In this document: positions 10,954 through 21,391 of the stretch, one piece after another | Layout: every line of letters starts with the position of its first letter | Position numbering within the stretch: the stretch's first letter is position 1 | NCBI GenBank assembly: GCA_023133595.1 | Contig: JAGLWF010000005.1 | Coordinates: forward strand, 29,640 to 93,639 | Source of the DNA: Nanobdellota archaeon | GTDB taxonomy: Archaea; Nanobdellota; Nanobdellia; Woesearchaeales; WJKV01 | Length of the DNA stretch: 64,000 bases | Reading direction: 5' to 3' | Translations under genes and position numbers: made by a program | Notes under the pieces: generated by a model | Database searches by the model: none | What the model was told of the DNA's origin: nothing | Seen by the model: only the letters and a program-made list of their open reading frames with translations

Positions 10954-11702
10954 TCTATCTCAAACTCGAATGTTTTTTCATCTTTGACAAATGGAGTGAT
11001 ATCCGTCGCTCGGATCTTCAGGCAGTATGTTCCTCGCAAGTCAAACATTGACACTGGTTCTCTGAAGGTACGGGTGATTGTTTGATACTCACTGTCTTCG
11101 ACCTCGATGGTTGCAGCAGTGCTGTATTTGTTGTTAAACCAAGTAATCTTCTTCCCTAACGGATCTCGCAGGTCAATATTCTCTAAAAACCCGATAAAAT
11201 GCCGTCCATCTTCAAAATCAACAGTCATTGTATCCAACTCGTGGACTATCTCAATGTGATCTCCTACTTTTGTGAACTTGAAATTTCTGATATTGAATGC
11301 AGCACCCATATCCTTGAATCCTTGCTCAATCTCGTCTTCAAGCGCTCGCATTTCTTTTTCATCCTCTGGAATGATTTCCATTAGTTCAGGTTCTTCTCCT
11401 ATGATTGTCTCTAAAAATTTTGCTTCTCTTATCTTTGCCAATTCTTCCTCGGTAATATCCTTCTGTGTGAAGTTTAATGCTAATGCCAAGACAATAATAA
11501 GTATGACAATGACAATCACACATAACCAAAACCGTTTATGTGCAAACGTGCGGGTATGTGCTTCGTGCACAGGCGGCAGCCGTTTATACCGCGGTGGTTG
11601 CGGAGCTTTTCTCGACGGCATTCTTGGACCTGGAGTTAGCTTTAACAATTCTTTTCTTCTCCTTTCCAGTTCTCTTTTGTATCTATCAAACTCGTCTGCC
11701 AT
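10950..11702 (-). CDS. Single-pass membrane protein, unknown function
   Basis: Basic Pro-rich N-terminus, one TM (FWLCVIVIVILIIVLALAL), acidic helix and a beta-rich C-terminal domain. Confidence 0.75.
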   Translation of the reverse strand: MADEFDRYKRELERRRKELLKLTPGPRMPSRKAPQPPRYKRLPPVHEAHTRTFAHKRFWLCVIVIVILIIVLALALNFTQKDITEEELAKIREAKFLETIIGEEPELMEIIPEDEKEMRALEDEIEQGFKDMGAAFNIRNFKFTKVGDHIEIVHELDTMTVDFEDGRHFIGFLENIDLRDPLGKKITWFNNKYSTAATIEVEDSEYQTITRTFREPVSMFDLRGTYCLKIRATDITPFVKDEKTFEFEIE

Positions 11703-11703
11703 T

Positions 11704-14700
11704 TTAACTTGTTAAATTTCCAGCACCTGCAGGCACTGTTGTTGAAGTGTCCTCTGCAAGAGGAGCAGCTTCACCCGCTTCTCTTTCCCACTTCTCTAAT
11801 TCATCAAATGCGTCTTTGCATTGATCACTATCTTTATCTGTGAAACTTTTGAAATCAACATCAAACTTGATCGCATTCTCGACAAATTCGTCCCACGACC
11901 ATGCAAGCATTGCAGCATCAAACACACCGCACGCAAGTACCCATGCATTCTTCTCAACATTCAATAGTTTAGCATCAACCTGGTTGCTCTCTGTACATTG
12001 TTCAATGCTCTCAGCAGTATTGAACTGCGTTATCTTTTTTCCGCCAGCATAAGCTTCCTGCTGCATCTTGACCTGGTTATCAAAATTAGTGCACAACGCA
12101 TCTCGCGAAGCAGCAACTATTCTTCCTGGCAATTCTTTAATTATATCACGCGACATGCCTGCGATCTGTTTTGCCAGCATAAAGCCAGGGAATAACTGCA
12201 TCACAGGACCCCAGAAGAACAGACATTCATTCTCTGCATGCGCAATGTCACAAGCAGCAGTGCTGAAGCCTGCTTTTGCATTGTCAGTGATACATCGTGC
12301 ATGGATACACTGCAATTGCCTGTACTTGTTCAGGTTATAGACAACACCCGGAAGGCATAAGCAATCAACAGCAACAATATAATTATCCATTGGATTCAAC
12401 CTTGTCTCGAAATTAATCTCTTTCAGATAAGAAGTGTCGATCTGTCCTACATCTGCCATTGACACATCAGCAGCACCAGTAACATCAGTGACAGCAAGAC
12501 CAAACAGACTTCCAAGGCTGCCCAGGATACCTCCATCATCTTTCTTTCCAGTGCTAGGTTTCTTCTCTGGAGGCGGTTCTGCAACAGCTTCTGTCGGCTG
12601 TGTTGTTCTTGCTTCCATCCGGGTTTCATCCTCTGATTTCATCTGCGATGGAACTGGGGCTCCAGGTTCTCCGACTCCAACTTTTCCAAGGAAGCTTGCG
12701 ACAGGCTTATCAAAAGCTTTTGGTATGCTCTGTATCCCAGTGATCCCAAATCCTTGGCTGCACTGGTTGCATAATATGAATGCACAGACTCTTCTTACAA
12801 ATCCGCCAATATCATCTTCTTCTTTGCCCAAAGATTTGCCGCCGAATAACGCGTCTGTGAATTCAAACTTATCCGGTTTGATACCGCGCGCTTTTGCAGC
12901 TTTTTCATATGCTTCTTTTGTGTAGAAATAATCTTTATCATTCGGCCAGATTGTTTCTTTCAGGACACGCAGATAACAATCAAGTGTCAGGAAACCCTGC
13001 CATAATTCTTCACCAGCACCAGTAGAAGTCCATTCAACAATCATTGAAGCTGTATAGACAATAGGTTTCATATCCTGTACAACAGTATATATCCTCGAGA
13101 TCTCTTCTCCTATCTTACATATCTTTCTTAGTGTGTCTAGCCAACCTTCGATCTTTGTGACATACTCAAAGAAGTTTGTATTCACGCGCTTCTCAATATC
13201 GTGGAGTTTCCTGATTACATTGTCTCCTGGATCTCCGATTGGAAGATTGTACAATTCAATTGATGCTGTCACATTATCCATCTCAGGGTTAAGGAATACT
13301 GTGTTTCCTCTTGCAATAAGAGAATATATTGTGCAGTTGAATTCTATATTCTCAAGCTTTGACGTAGCTTCATCCAATAATATTTCGAACACGAGAAGGG
13401 AATCATCCATTTCTTTTCCAATGATGTAAGGATTTTGAGTATCCGTGCCTGCATACAATACAGTATCAAGACCAGTGCACTGAGGAGACTTATCAATAAC
13501 CTCAACCATATCAGAATAATCAAAGTGCAGTGGAACAAAGACTTTTGTTGGAATCTTTGTCGAGATCCTTCGATCCAATTTCTGCGGGATCACACTTCCA
13601 ACTGTTATTGCAACTTCATTCGGCACTGTTGTGATATCAGAACTGTAGACAACAACAGGATAAGAAAACACACCGTCATTTCCAGCAAGATCAAAGACAG
13701 TGAAGTCAACATTGCCCTGGGTATAACTTGTGACCAGGCCAGAGACTTCAAACTCGCAGATAAAATCATCACCAGACATTGCACATGTCCCATTGATAGG
13801 ATCTATTTGAGTTGATATCGCGCTCACATCTGCAATCGCATTCCTCACTCCATTTATTTCTGTTCCAGTAACATAAAATCTTAATGGCTCTCCAACGCCT
13901 GCGTTTGGTGCAAGTGCTGATTGTGTTACATTCGCAATCACAGGGTCGGTAAGGTCAACTTCGAACGACTGGCTTTTTGTTGCCAGCTGTCCGAACCTGT
14001 CGCGCACATTGACCACAACTGTCTTGCTTCCTTCTGGTCCAGCAGCATCAAGATTGTACCAGTAACATTTGCTCTCATTCATATCGCACAGGTCTGCGAC
14101 TTGTCCAGAACTATAGACTGGATTTATTGCCCGCAGGTCAGCAAGAGTCTGCGAAGTCTCAAATCCAACACCAGCATCTGCAATCTTAGCAATTAAAGTA
14201 TTATCAGTGCTTCCAAAGTAATTTCCATTCTCGGTCTCAATAGCACTGATAACAGGTTCTTCTGAATCAACACTGACAGATATTGTGAATGGACTATTCA
14301 ATACATTTCCAGCAGTATCAGTTGCAGTCACTGTTCCGCTAAAACCAGTTGTCTGCGCAGTCACAGTCGGCACTACACTCCATCTGCATCGATGCACACC
14401 GCCAGTTTCTGTGCAAGTGCCAGGTGCATTTGCTCCTCCACCAAATGCAGTGATATCTGCCCGTACATCATCAAGCGCAACATTCTCAGATATGTCAATC
14501 TCAAGCATGAATGACATTGAACCAACAGTGACACTTGCCACAGGAACATTGTTCAATGTCAGTCTGGCATCCACTAACTGCGGCTCATCCACATCAATTG
14601 TGAGTGCCGAGGATGTCTGTGCCAATTGCAGATGACCCAAACGATCGAATACCCGCGCATAGTATACATAGTCACCTGACGAAGTGGGTGCTTCGAGAAC

Positions 14701-15291
14701 AATTGTATCGTCCAATTCGCATTGGTCAATACCTTGTATTGTATAGGTTTCTGATGCAACTATGTTTAGGAAATTCGCATCGTCTGAGATTTCAACACCT
14801 GCAATTCCTGCACAATGACCAGAATCTCCGATTTCATCATCTGCAACAATATGTGCAACAAGATCACTGCCAGATGTTCTGTTTACTGCAAATGAAGTTA
14901 CTGTCGGTGCACTGCCATCAACAACATAAGCTTCTGATTGAGTGACACCACTGTAGGAAATGTGATAATATTCTGTTCCTTCCTCTAACGGAAGGACAAG
15001 AGATAAAGTACATAAACTGTTGCTTCCCTCTGGGACACATGATTCAAAAGAGATATTATGGAACTTGACAGCAGTAGGATCTACTCCTGCCTGCGCGATC
15101 TTGATATCAATATAGACATTTGTGTCTCTTGCATCAATCACTCTATGGATGTCATCGCTTCCATAGATGCTGACTTCTGTTATCAGGCCTGCAAAAGTAG
15201 AACTTCCCTGTGCAAATGCAAAGCTTGCATAGAACGGCAAAGTTATGATTAAGAAAATCATCAACATGCATCTACCATATCCTTTTTTCAT
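11704..15291 (-). CDS. Large secreted protein with Ig-like repeats and Cys-rich helical C-terminal domain
   Basis: Signal peptide (ASFAFA/Q); repeated VD-x2-P and D-x-(A/L/F)-G-(N/H/Q) Ig-like motifs; NPMDNYIVAVDCLCLPG motif. ATG 15291 gives an ATGA overlap (ORF track start 15297). Confidence 0.82.
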   Translation of the reverse strand: MKKGYGRCMLMIFLIITLPFYASFAFAQGSSTFAGLITEVSIYGSDDIHRVIDARDTNVYIDIKIAQAGVDPTAVKFHNISFESCVPEGSNSLCTLSLVLPLEEGTEYYHISYSGVTQSEAYVVDGSAPTVTSFAVNRTSGSDLVAHIVADDEIGDSGHCAGIAGVEISDDANFLNIVASETYTIQGIDQCELDDTIVLEAPTSSGDYVYYARVFDRLGHLQLAQTSSALTIDVDEPQLVDARLTLNNVPVASVTVGSMSFMLEIDISENVALDDVRADITAFGGGANAPGTCTETGGVHRCRWSVVPTVTAQTTGFSGTVTATDTAGNVLNSPFTISVSVDSEEPVISAIETENGNYFGSTDNTLIAKIADAGVGFETSQTLADLRAINPVYSSGQVADLCDMNESKCYWYNLDAAGPEGSKTVVVNVRDRFGQLATKSQSFEVDLTDPVIANVTQSALAPNAGVGEPLRFYVTGTEINGVRNAIADVSAISTQIDPINGTCAMSGDDFICEFEVSGLVTSYTQGNVDFTVFDLAGNDGVFSYPVVVYSSDITTVPNEVAITVGSVIPQKLDRRISTKIPTKVFVPLHFDYSDMVEVIDKSPQCTGLDTVLYAGTDTQNPYIIGKEMDDSLLVFEILLDEATSKLENIEFNCTIYSLIARGNTVFLNPEMDNVTASIELYNLPIGDPGDNVIRKLHDIEKRVNTNFFEYVTKIEGWLDTLRKICKIGEEISRIYTVVQDMKPIVYTASMIVEWTSTGAGEELWQGFLTLDCYLRVLKETIWPNDKDYFYTKEAYEKAAKARGIKPDKFEFTDALFGGKSLGKEEDDIGGFVRRVCAFILCNQCSQGFGITGIQSIPKAFDKPVASFLGKVGVGEPGAPVPSQMKSEDETRMEARTTQPTEAVAEPPPEKKPSTGKKDDGGILGSLGSLFGLAVTDVTGAADVSMADVGQIDTSYLKEINFETRLNPMDNYIVAVDCLCLPGVVYNLNKYRQLQCIHARCITDNAKAGFSTAACDIAHAENECLFFWGPVMQLFPGFMLAKQIAGMSRDIIKELPGRIVAASRDALCTNFDNQVKMQQEAYAGGKKITQFNTAESIEQCTESNQVDAKLLNVEKNAWVLACGVFDAAMLAWSWDEFVENAIKFDVDFKSFTDKDSDQCKDAFDELEKWEREAGEAAPLAEDTSTTVPAGAGNLTS

Positions 15292-17486
15292 TTCCATTGT
15301 GGCTGTATCAGGCTGCCTTTCTTCTTCGACATCTCGTCAATATTTCCAAGACGCGCAAGCTCTTCGTGATTTGTCGGTTTCTTTGATTTTAGCACAAAGA
15401 ACAATAATTCATTTTTCTGGTCAAGCTCTGCTTTCTCAACATGCCAGTTATTGTTCAGCCCAGCATTAAGCGCAGCTCCTCCCAACGGCGCGGGTTTTAC
15501 TTCAACTTCTTCTAGTGTTACATATTCGTCTCCAAACTTCTTTGTTGCTTCTGGAATAACAACTCCAGTATTATCAAAATATCGCGCGTCAATAGTATAA
15601 TCTCCAGGCACAAGTTCCAGATCATTCACTTTAGTGTCTTCATCAAAGATCATGGTTGTGCTGAATGGTTCCTCCCACGGATCTTCTGAAACTTTTGCAA
15701 CAGTGACATAGACAAATGCATCTTCTAAATCATCATGCTGCTGCAATAACTGAAGATATTGCTGATAGTTCACACTTCCATAATCAAACCTGTCAAATTG
15801 CTCGACCATTTCTGGGGATCTGACCTGGATGTTTGTTTTCTTTGTCACAATCTTTGGAAGTTCAGCATTAAAGGTATAGACTTGTCCGTATTTTGTATTC
15901 AATGGGAAATTATGATTAAAGTATCCTTCTTTTGACAGTTTCAACACACCACCATCGCAGATAGGGAATTTGCCGACATATTCTCCACCAGCATCAGTGC
16001 TTCCAATGTAGACACTATCCTCTCCACAGTAGAATCTTACCTGCACATCGCTCACTATCTTGTTGCTGTCATCTTTTGTATTGATCGTGATATCACCAGA
16101 CAATCTTTGGTTTGGATGACCAAATAAATTTGCTCCACCAACACCAAGCTCGACAACATAAGGAACACGCAGTTCTCCTGCAAGGAGTGGTTCATTGTTT
16201 CTCACATTAGCCTCCATCGCAAACATCAATGAGTAACCATCTCCATTGAATGCATACGGGTCCCGCACTTCAACAACAACAGGATACGATAAGTCGTAAT
16301 AGAAACGGTACGACTGCGTGAAAATATCAATTATCTCCTGGAATGATCCACTGTGCTCCTCTGGCCTGATCAATTCTCCTGAACTAGGAGTGATGTCAAA
16401 ATGCATTGGCCAGTTCAGGTAGAACATGTTCACATCTAGTTCTTCATAATCCTTTTCAGGCGGAAGAACATTGAAAACAAAACCATAATGCACTCCTTGC
16501 CTGATATCAAAACCAGGCCTGTCATCTTCTGGATACGGATAGAAATTATGAGTTCTCGGAACAGTTATCATGTTGACATACGTTGTCAGTATCTGTTTTA
16601 TCAATTGTTCAACATTAAACTTGACCCACATGACTTTCTGCATTCCCATGTCAGCCTCTGCTATCGGAGGAAGCCCTTCCTTCTCAACACGACCGTACAA
16701 TGAGATCAGGTTCATTGTGTTATATTCTAGGAAACCACCTTCTGCCTGTGCATTGACAATCTCAACACCCATGTTAAACATCTGTCGCAGATTTACTTGA
16801 TGGTTTATGTAGAAATCTTTGAAATCATAGGATAATTCTCCTCGTGTTACTCGCAGTGGATAAGAAAGCGTGACCCGGACGTCGTTTGCAGTTATTGCTG
16901 TCTTTGAACCGATTGATCCCAACTCTTCAATCTCATAACCTTCCTCTCTGAATGCTGTCATTGCCAGTAAACATTCCCTTACATTGGTCTCGACATAACG
17001 ATCAATCATATCCTGCATCTGGACAATTGTCGGTGCTTTGCCAGAGAATAAACAATCTGTGCATCTATTGCTGCTTTTCAGGTAATGCCAGTACGGAACT
17101 TTCAATCCTCCTGGCGTGAACTCAACACCATCAGACTCAGTCGGATCATACTGGAAATCAAAAACAGTTCCTCCAGTGAGCTCTGGATCATCTAATGAAA
17201 TCCATCCGCCCTGCCGGCCCATAAGTTCCAGTGCTTCTTTGCTGACACGCCTTCCGCACTCTTCAACAAACAAAGAAATTGGCTGCAGTCGGACAGGACC
17301 AACAATCACTCTTTCTTTAGCTTCTTCTGTTATCTTTGAAGGTGCAGTTGCAATGAAATATATGACAATAGCTGCGACAATTAAGAGAATTAAACCTATA
17401 ATTATGTAAATAGTCACTTGTCCCTTCTTGTCATTGCTGTTAAGCATAGTAGAAGGACTAAAGTGTTCTCTAGCACCCCTTCTCAT
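15288..17486 (-). CDS. Prepilin-like (class III signal peptide) large exported protein, first gene of operon
   Basis: DKKG/QVTIYIIIGLILLIVAAIV. ATG 17486 follows AGGTGA (alternative start 17447); TATA-like TTTATAAA about 17512-17520. Confidence 0.8.
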   Translation of the reverse strand: MRRGAREHFSPSTMLNSNDKKGQVTIYIIIGLILLIVAAIVIYFIATAPSKITEEAKERVIVGPVRLQPISLFVEECGRRVSKEALELMGRQGGWISLDDPELTGGTVFDFQYDPTESDGVEFTPGGLKVPYWHYLKSSNRCTDCLFSGKAPTIVQMQDMIDRYVETNVRECLLAMTAFREEGYEIEELGSIGSKTAITANDVRVTLSYPLRVTRGELSYDFKDFYINHQVNLRQMFNMGVEIVNAQAEGGFLEYNTMNLISLYGRVEKEGLPPIAEADMGMQKVMWVKFNVEQLIKQILTTYVNMITVPRTHNFYPYPEDDRPGFDIRQGVHYGFVFNVLPPEKDYEELDVNMFYLNWPMHFDITPSSGELIRPEEHSGSFQEIIDIFTQSYRFYYDLSYPVVVEVRDPYAFNGDGYSLMFAMEANVRNNEPLLAGELRVPYVVELGVGGANLFGHPNQRLSGDITINTKDDSNKIVSDVQVRFYCGEDSVYIGSTDAGGEYVGKFPICDGGVLKLSKEGYFNHNFPLNTKYGQVYTFNAELPKIVTKKTNIQVRSPEMVEQFDRFDYGSVNYQQYLQLLQQHDDLEDAFVYVTVAKVSEDPWEEPFSTTMIFDEDTKVNDLELVPGDYTIDARYFDNTGVVIPEATKKFGDEYVTLEEVEVKPAPLGGAALNAGLNNNWHVEKAELDQKNELLFFVLKSKKPTNHEELARLGNIDEMSKKKGSLIQPQWK

Positions 17487-17565
17487 GTTCACCTTTTTGG
17501 AGGATTCAGCCCTTTATAAATATATCTATTATTTTATATATGAGATTTATAAATGGAAGTTAGGA

Positions 17566-19722
17566 TTACTCTATACAGGCCCCATCACTAACTTTCTCTG
17601 CAGAAAGATCTTCTTTTTCTGTTGCAAGCGGTTTTCCGCAACATACCACTTTGCCATCCTTTGTTGCGATCTTTAACTTGGCAAAATCATTGATTGTCAT
17701 TTCATGTGCTGGCTCTTGTGATTCTCCTTTCAAGGAAACCTTATCACCAGGTGCTGAGTTTGGCGCGATTACCAGGCCTATTCTTTGCTCTTTTCCTTTG
17801 CCTTCAACACCTGCAAGCAGCATGCCATTAGATTCTTCATCCCGAAGCATTGCTGGCTTCAGGTTTGCAATCACAATTATTTGTTTCCCGACTAATTCTT
17901 CTGGGGTATAATGTCCTTTTATTCCAGCAACAATCTGCCTTTTTCCAAGAGTTCCAAGATCAATCTGCATGACAAACAGTTTGTCAGCTTTGGGATGATC
18001 CTTTACTTCTAAGACTTTTGCGACTCTGAAATCGAATTTTTTGAAGAGTGTTCCCTCTGCTTCTTTCTTTTCTTCTTTTTCTTCTAAAAGTTTTCCTCCT
18101 GTCTTCTTCCTGTTCTCTTCAATCTTCTTCTTCACTTTTTCCACGTCGATATTATCAAACAGATGCACTGGTTTCTCGACTTTCTCTGGAACAGCATCTA
18201 TGTTTTCCCACAAGAGATTATCAACATTCAGCAACTTCTGTAGTTTTTCAGTTGCTTCTGGAAGATATGGGTGCAAAAGTACAGATAAGACTTTCAGCAG
18301 CTGTGCGCAGACTCTCAGCGTCGGCTGATTAGTCTTGTTTTTCCACGGTTCTTTTGACTGCAGATATTCGTTCCCAGCCTTTGAAAGCAGCATTATTTCG
18401 TCGAGCGGTTCTCTGATCTTTCCTTGTTTGATAAGCTGCCCGACTTTCTCTTTGCACTTCTTGATTTTCAGTAATAATTTTTTATCATCTGCAAGAACAG
18501 CTTCATACTCTGGAACTTTTCCATCGTAATATTTGTTCAGCAAATTAATAACGCGATTGACAAAATTAGAAAAGTTCGCAACCAGTTCAGAATTTACTTT
18601 TTTTGCAAAATCTTTCCACGAAAAATCAGTATCCTTATTCTCAGGATATATTCTATACAAATAGTATCTCCAGATGTCGTAGGATGGAACAGTATCGATA
18701 ATCTCGTTCAACCAGACACCGGTTCCCCGGGTTTTTGAGAATTGTTTTCCGCCAAAACCAAGATATTCATTAGAGACAATAATATCTGGAACATTAATAT
18801 TTCCATGTGCTAAAATAAACGCGGGTAACAGGATAGTATGGAACGGAATATTATCCTTGCCTAAACAAAAGTAAGATTTCTCGATAGGTTCCTGCCAGAA
18901 TTCCTTGAACTTTCCCCGCATCACAACAGTCGACAGGTAACCAAGTACAGCTTCTGCCCAGACATAGATGCATTTGTCCTCCAATCCTGGAAACGGTGCA
19001 GGAATTCCCCACGACAGGTCACGCGTTATAGGCCGCTGGTTAAGGCCTTCTTCAAACCATCGCTCTGTGAAATGCACAACCCGAGGCTGCCATTCTGCTT
19101 TTTTAGTGTCAACATACTCCCAAAGTTTTGGAACAATCTTTGGAAGATCAAAATAACCAGTCTTTGTATCTTTGAATATTGGTGTTGCGCCGCATTCAGA
19201 ACACTTAGGCTCAACAAGATCTGTTGGATCCAGGATCCGTCCGCATTCATCGCATTGATTGCCTAATGCTTTATCATTACCACAATGCGGGCATTTACCT
19301 ACTACAAATCTGTCTGGCAAGAACCGTTTGCATCCGTCACAGTAAGGAAGAGTCTCGTCTTTGACTTCAATATAACCATTGTCCCAGACTTTCTTGTAAA
19401 ACTCCCGGACAAATTTGATATGTTCCGGATGTGTTGTAAAAGAGTAATTAGTAAAACTAAATTTCAATTTGTTCAGTATTACATCTGACACAATCTTATG
19501 GTTCATATCAACCAATTCTTTTGGGGTGATGCCTAGCTTTTTCGCTTCAAATTCCATCTGCGCGCCGTGCTGGTCGCTTCCTGAAACCATCTCTACTTCA
19601 TACCCCAGCTGTCGGTAAAACCGAGCAATGACATCAGCTGAAAGCATGCAGATTATATTCCCCAGGTGTGAAACCGCATGCACATACGGCCACGCTGCAC
19701 AAACTAATATTCTCTTTGCCAT
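17566..19722 (-). CDS. metG: Methionine--tRNA ligase with C-terminal tRNA-binding domain
   Basis: AWPY..HLGN (HIGH), Zn knuckles CxxC, GKDNIPFH, QFSKT (KMSKS), C-terminal Trbp111-like domain (HPKADKL, ESNGMLLA). Confidence 0.97.
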   Translation of the reverse strand: MAKRILVCAAWPYVHAVSHLGNIICMLSADVIARFYRQLGYEVEMVSGSDQHGAQMEFEAKKLGITPKELVDMNHKIVSDVILNKLKFSFTNYSFTTHPEHIKFVREFYKKVWDNGYIEVKDETLPYCDGCKRFLPDRFVVGKCPHCGNDKALGNQCDECGRILDPTDLVEPKCSECGATPIFKDTKTGYFDLPKIVPKLWEYVDTKKAEWQPRVVHFTERWFEEGLNQRPITRDLSWGIPAPFPGLEDKCIYVWAEAVLGYLSTVVMRGKFKEFWQEPIEKSYFCLGKDNIPFHTILLPAFILAHGNINVPDIIVSNEYLGFGGKQFSKTRGTGVWLNEIIDTVPSYDIWRYYLYRIYPENKDTDFSWKDFAKKVNSELVANFSNFVNRVINLLNKYYDGKVPEYEAVLADDKKLLLKIKKCKEKVGQLIKQGKIREPLDEIMLLSKAGNEYLQSKEPWKNKTNQPTLRVCAQLLKVLSVLLHPYLPEATEKLQKLLNVDNLLWENIDAVPEKVEKPVHLFDNIDVEKVKKKIEENRKKTGGKLLEEKEEKKEAEGTLFKKFDFRVAKVLEVKDHPKADKLFVMQIDLGTLGKRQIVAGIKGHYTPEELVGKQIIVIANLKPAMLRDEESNGMLLAGVEGKGKEQRIGLVIAPNSAPGDKVSLKGESQEPAHEMTINDFAKLKIATKDGKVVCCGKPLATEKEDLSAEKVSDGACIE

Positions 19723-19765
19723 AGAGAAGAAAATAAAAGAATTCGTATATAAAGGTTGCTATCCT

Positions 19766-20476
19766 CTATACTTCAAACAGATACTCTTTCTTTATCTCTT
19801 TTCCATCCACTTCAATCACGCGGATGATCTTGCCTTTTCTTTTAGCTTTTAGCCTGGCTTCTAGTGGATCTTTTGCAGCAAGTTTTTCGTCCAGAAGTAT
19901 CTCCTCAAATTTATAGGTATGTCTGACAACAACTGATTTGAAATCAGAGATGCCGCAGTCAAACAGGAATTCGTCAATGACATCTTTCATATGATCTGCA
20001 GGAATAACTACTGACACAAATTTCTCGACAAGACTTCCTATCTTTGGTGTTTCTTTCTTCTTCATTTTTACAGAATAATTTCCACCTTTCATATCAAGCA
20101 TCAGATAGAAATCATACAATTGATCAATTAATTTTCTAACAGTGTCTGCTGGTAATGTGGTGTTCACTTCATATTTCCTTCCTTTCTTCCCATACCTTCT
20201 TTTCTCTTCAAAATCAACACCCAACTTCTTCAACTCTGGAGCAACATCCCTAGTTGTAGGGATAGTGCCGTTTACACTGACAACACCAGAGCAGAAAGAT
20301 GCCACAAACTTAAGCAGGGCATTGCACCATTCAAACCCGCCCCTAATCTTGATATTTTTTCCAATTTTTTTGACAATAAATTCTTCTTTTACAAATTCAC
20401 CAGGCCCATATCTTACAAAAGCATTATGAGTATAATTATCGGTCTTTTTAGTAGCAATCTGTTTTATGAAATTCAT
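19766..20476 (-). CDS. Hypothetical protein (basic)
   Basis: Long ORF; ATG 20476 preceded by GAAGGTGA. Confidence 0.7.
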   Translation of the reverse strand: MNFIKQIATKKTDNYTHNAFVRYGPGEFVKEEFIVKKIGKNIKIRGGFEWCNALLKFVASFCSGVVSVNGTIPTTRDVAPELKKLGVDFEEKRRYGKKGRKYEVNTTLPADTVRKLIDQLYDFYLMLDMKGGNYSVKMKKKETPKIGSLVEKFVSVVIPADHMKDVIDEFLFDCGISDFKSVVVRHTYKFEEILLDEKLAAKDPLEARLKAKRKGKIIRVIEVDGKEIKKEYLFEV

Positions 20477-20534
20477 ATTATCACCTTCCACCTAAGATAA
20501 AGTCCTTGCTTTTAACCTTTTTGTTTTTATTTTG

Positions 20535-20586
20535 TCAAAAACCTATAGGTTTTTGAATACTCAAAAATCTATTTAAATAGAATTTT
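20535..20586. repeat. Twin-hairpin palindromic element (copy A)
   Basis: Perfect 22-bp palindrome TCAAAAACCTATAGGTTTTTGA followed by TCAAAAATCTATTTAAATAGAATTTT. Confidence 0.55.
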
Positions 20587-21391
20587 ATTGTTTAAATAGA
20601 AGCTTCTTCAGTTCCTTCTCAAGCATCAAGACTGCTTTTTTATCAAACGCAGGAACCTCTTTGCACTCTTTCTTCAAGAAACTCCCGATGTATTTATCAA
20701 GCATAGGAATATTGTCTATTATCTGCTTCTCCCTTCCGCTCTTCTTCAGTTCAATTATCTTCAATATCCGGTCACGGATAGTCTTCGGCAAAAACTTCGC
20801 TTTCTTGACAGTATCTGCAAAATCAATAGGCGGAACTTTGCCTGTTTTCTGGACATAAGTTGCATTAACTAATCCGCGTAGAGCATAAAGATATTTTTTA
20901 TAGCTCACGTGCGCTTTTGATTTGATATATTTCTGATAATTCTGCCTAGACAGGCTTTGGTAATGATAGAACAATGAAATTTTCTTGAAATGATTGAATG
21001 CAAACTCCTGGAAAACCTTAGTCTGTTTTCCATGGTAGACAATATCAGACTTCAGCCATTCAATAGCTGTCGGATTTGAATTGATAAGCAATTTCAAATA
21101 TTTTATAACATCAAAACCAACAATATCTATGAAACATCCTTTTGCAGGATGCGGTTTCCCTTTTTCATCGTAGAATTTTTCAATCACATCTTTTGGCTGG
21201 GATAATGATATATATTTCTCTAGAGGATGATAATAGACAAAACGAACATCATAGTCACTATCTTCAGATTCCATCCTCCACGCCCGGCTGCCATTCTCTA
21301 CTGCAAAAAGTATCTTGACCTTCTTCTCTTTCTCGATCTGTTTGCATAATTTCTTGACCAATGGTGTTTTTGGAACATTTGCTTTTGTCAT
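20585..21391 (-). CDS. Pol-beta-family nucleotidyltransferase (YcgL/RlaP-like)
   Basis: AVENGSRAW..SEDSDYDVRFVY, NPTAIEWL, KKYLYALRG motifs. Confidence 0.85.
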   Translation of the reverse strand: MTKANVPKTPLVKKLCKQIEKEKKVKILFAVENGSRAWRMESEDSDYDVRFVYYHPLEKYISLSQPKDVIEKFYDEKGKPHPAKGCFIDIVGFDVIKYLKLLINSNPTAIEWLKSDIVYHGKQTKVFQEFAFNHFKKISLFYHYQSLSRQNYQKYIKSKAHVSYKKYLYALRGLVNATYVQKTGKVPPIDFADTVKKAKFLPKTIRDRILKIIELKKSGREKQIIDNIPMLDKYIGSFLKKECKEVPAFDKKAVLMLEKELKKLLFKQ

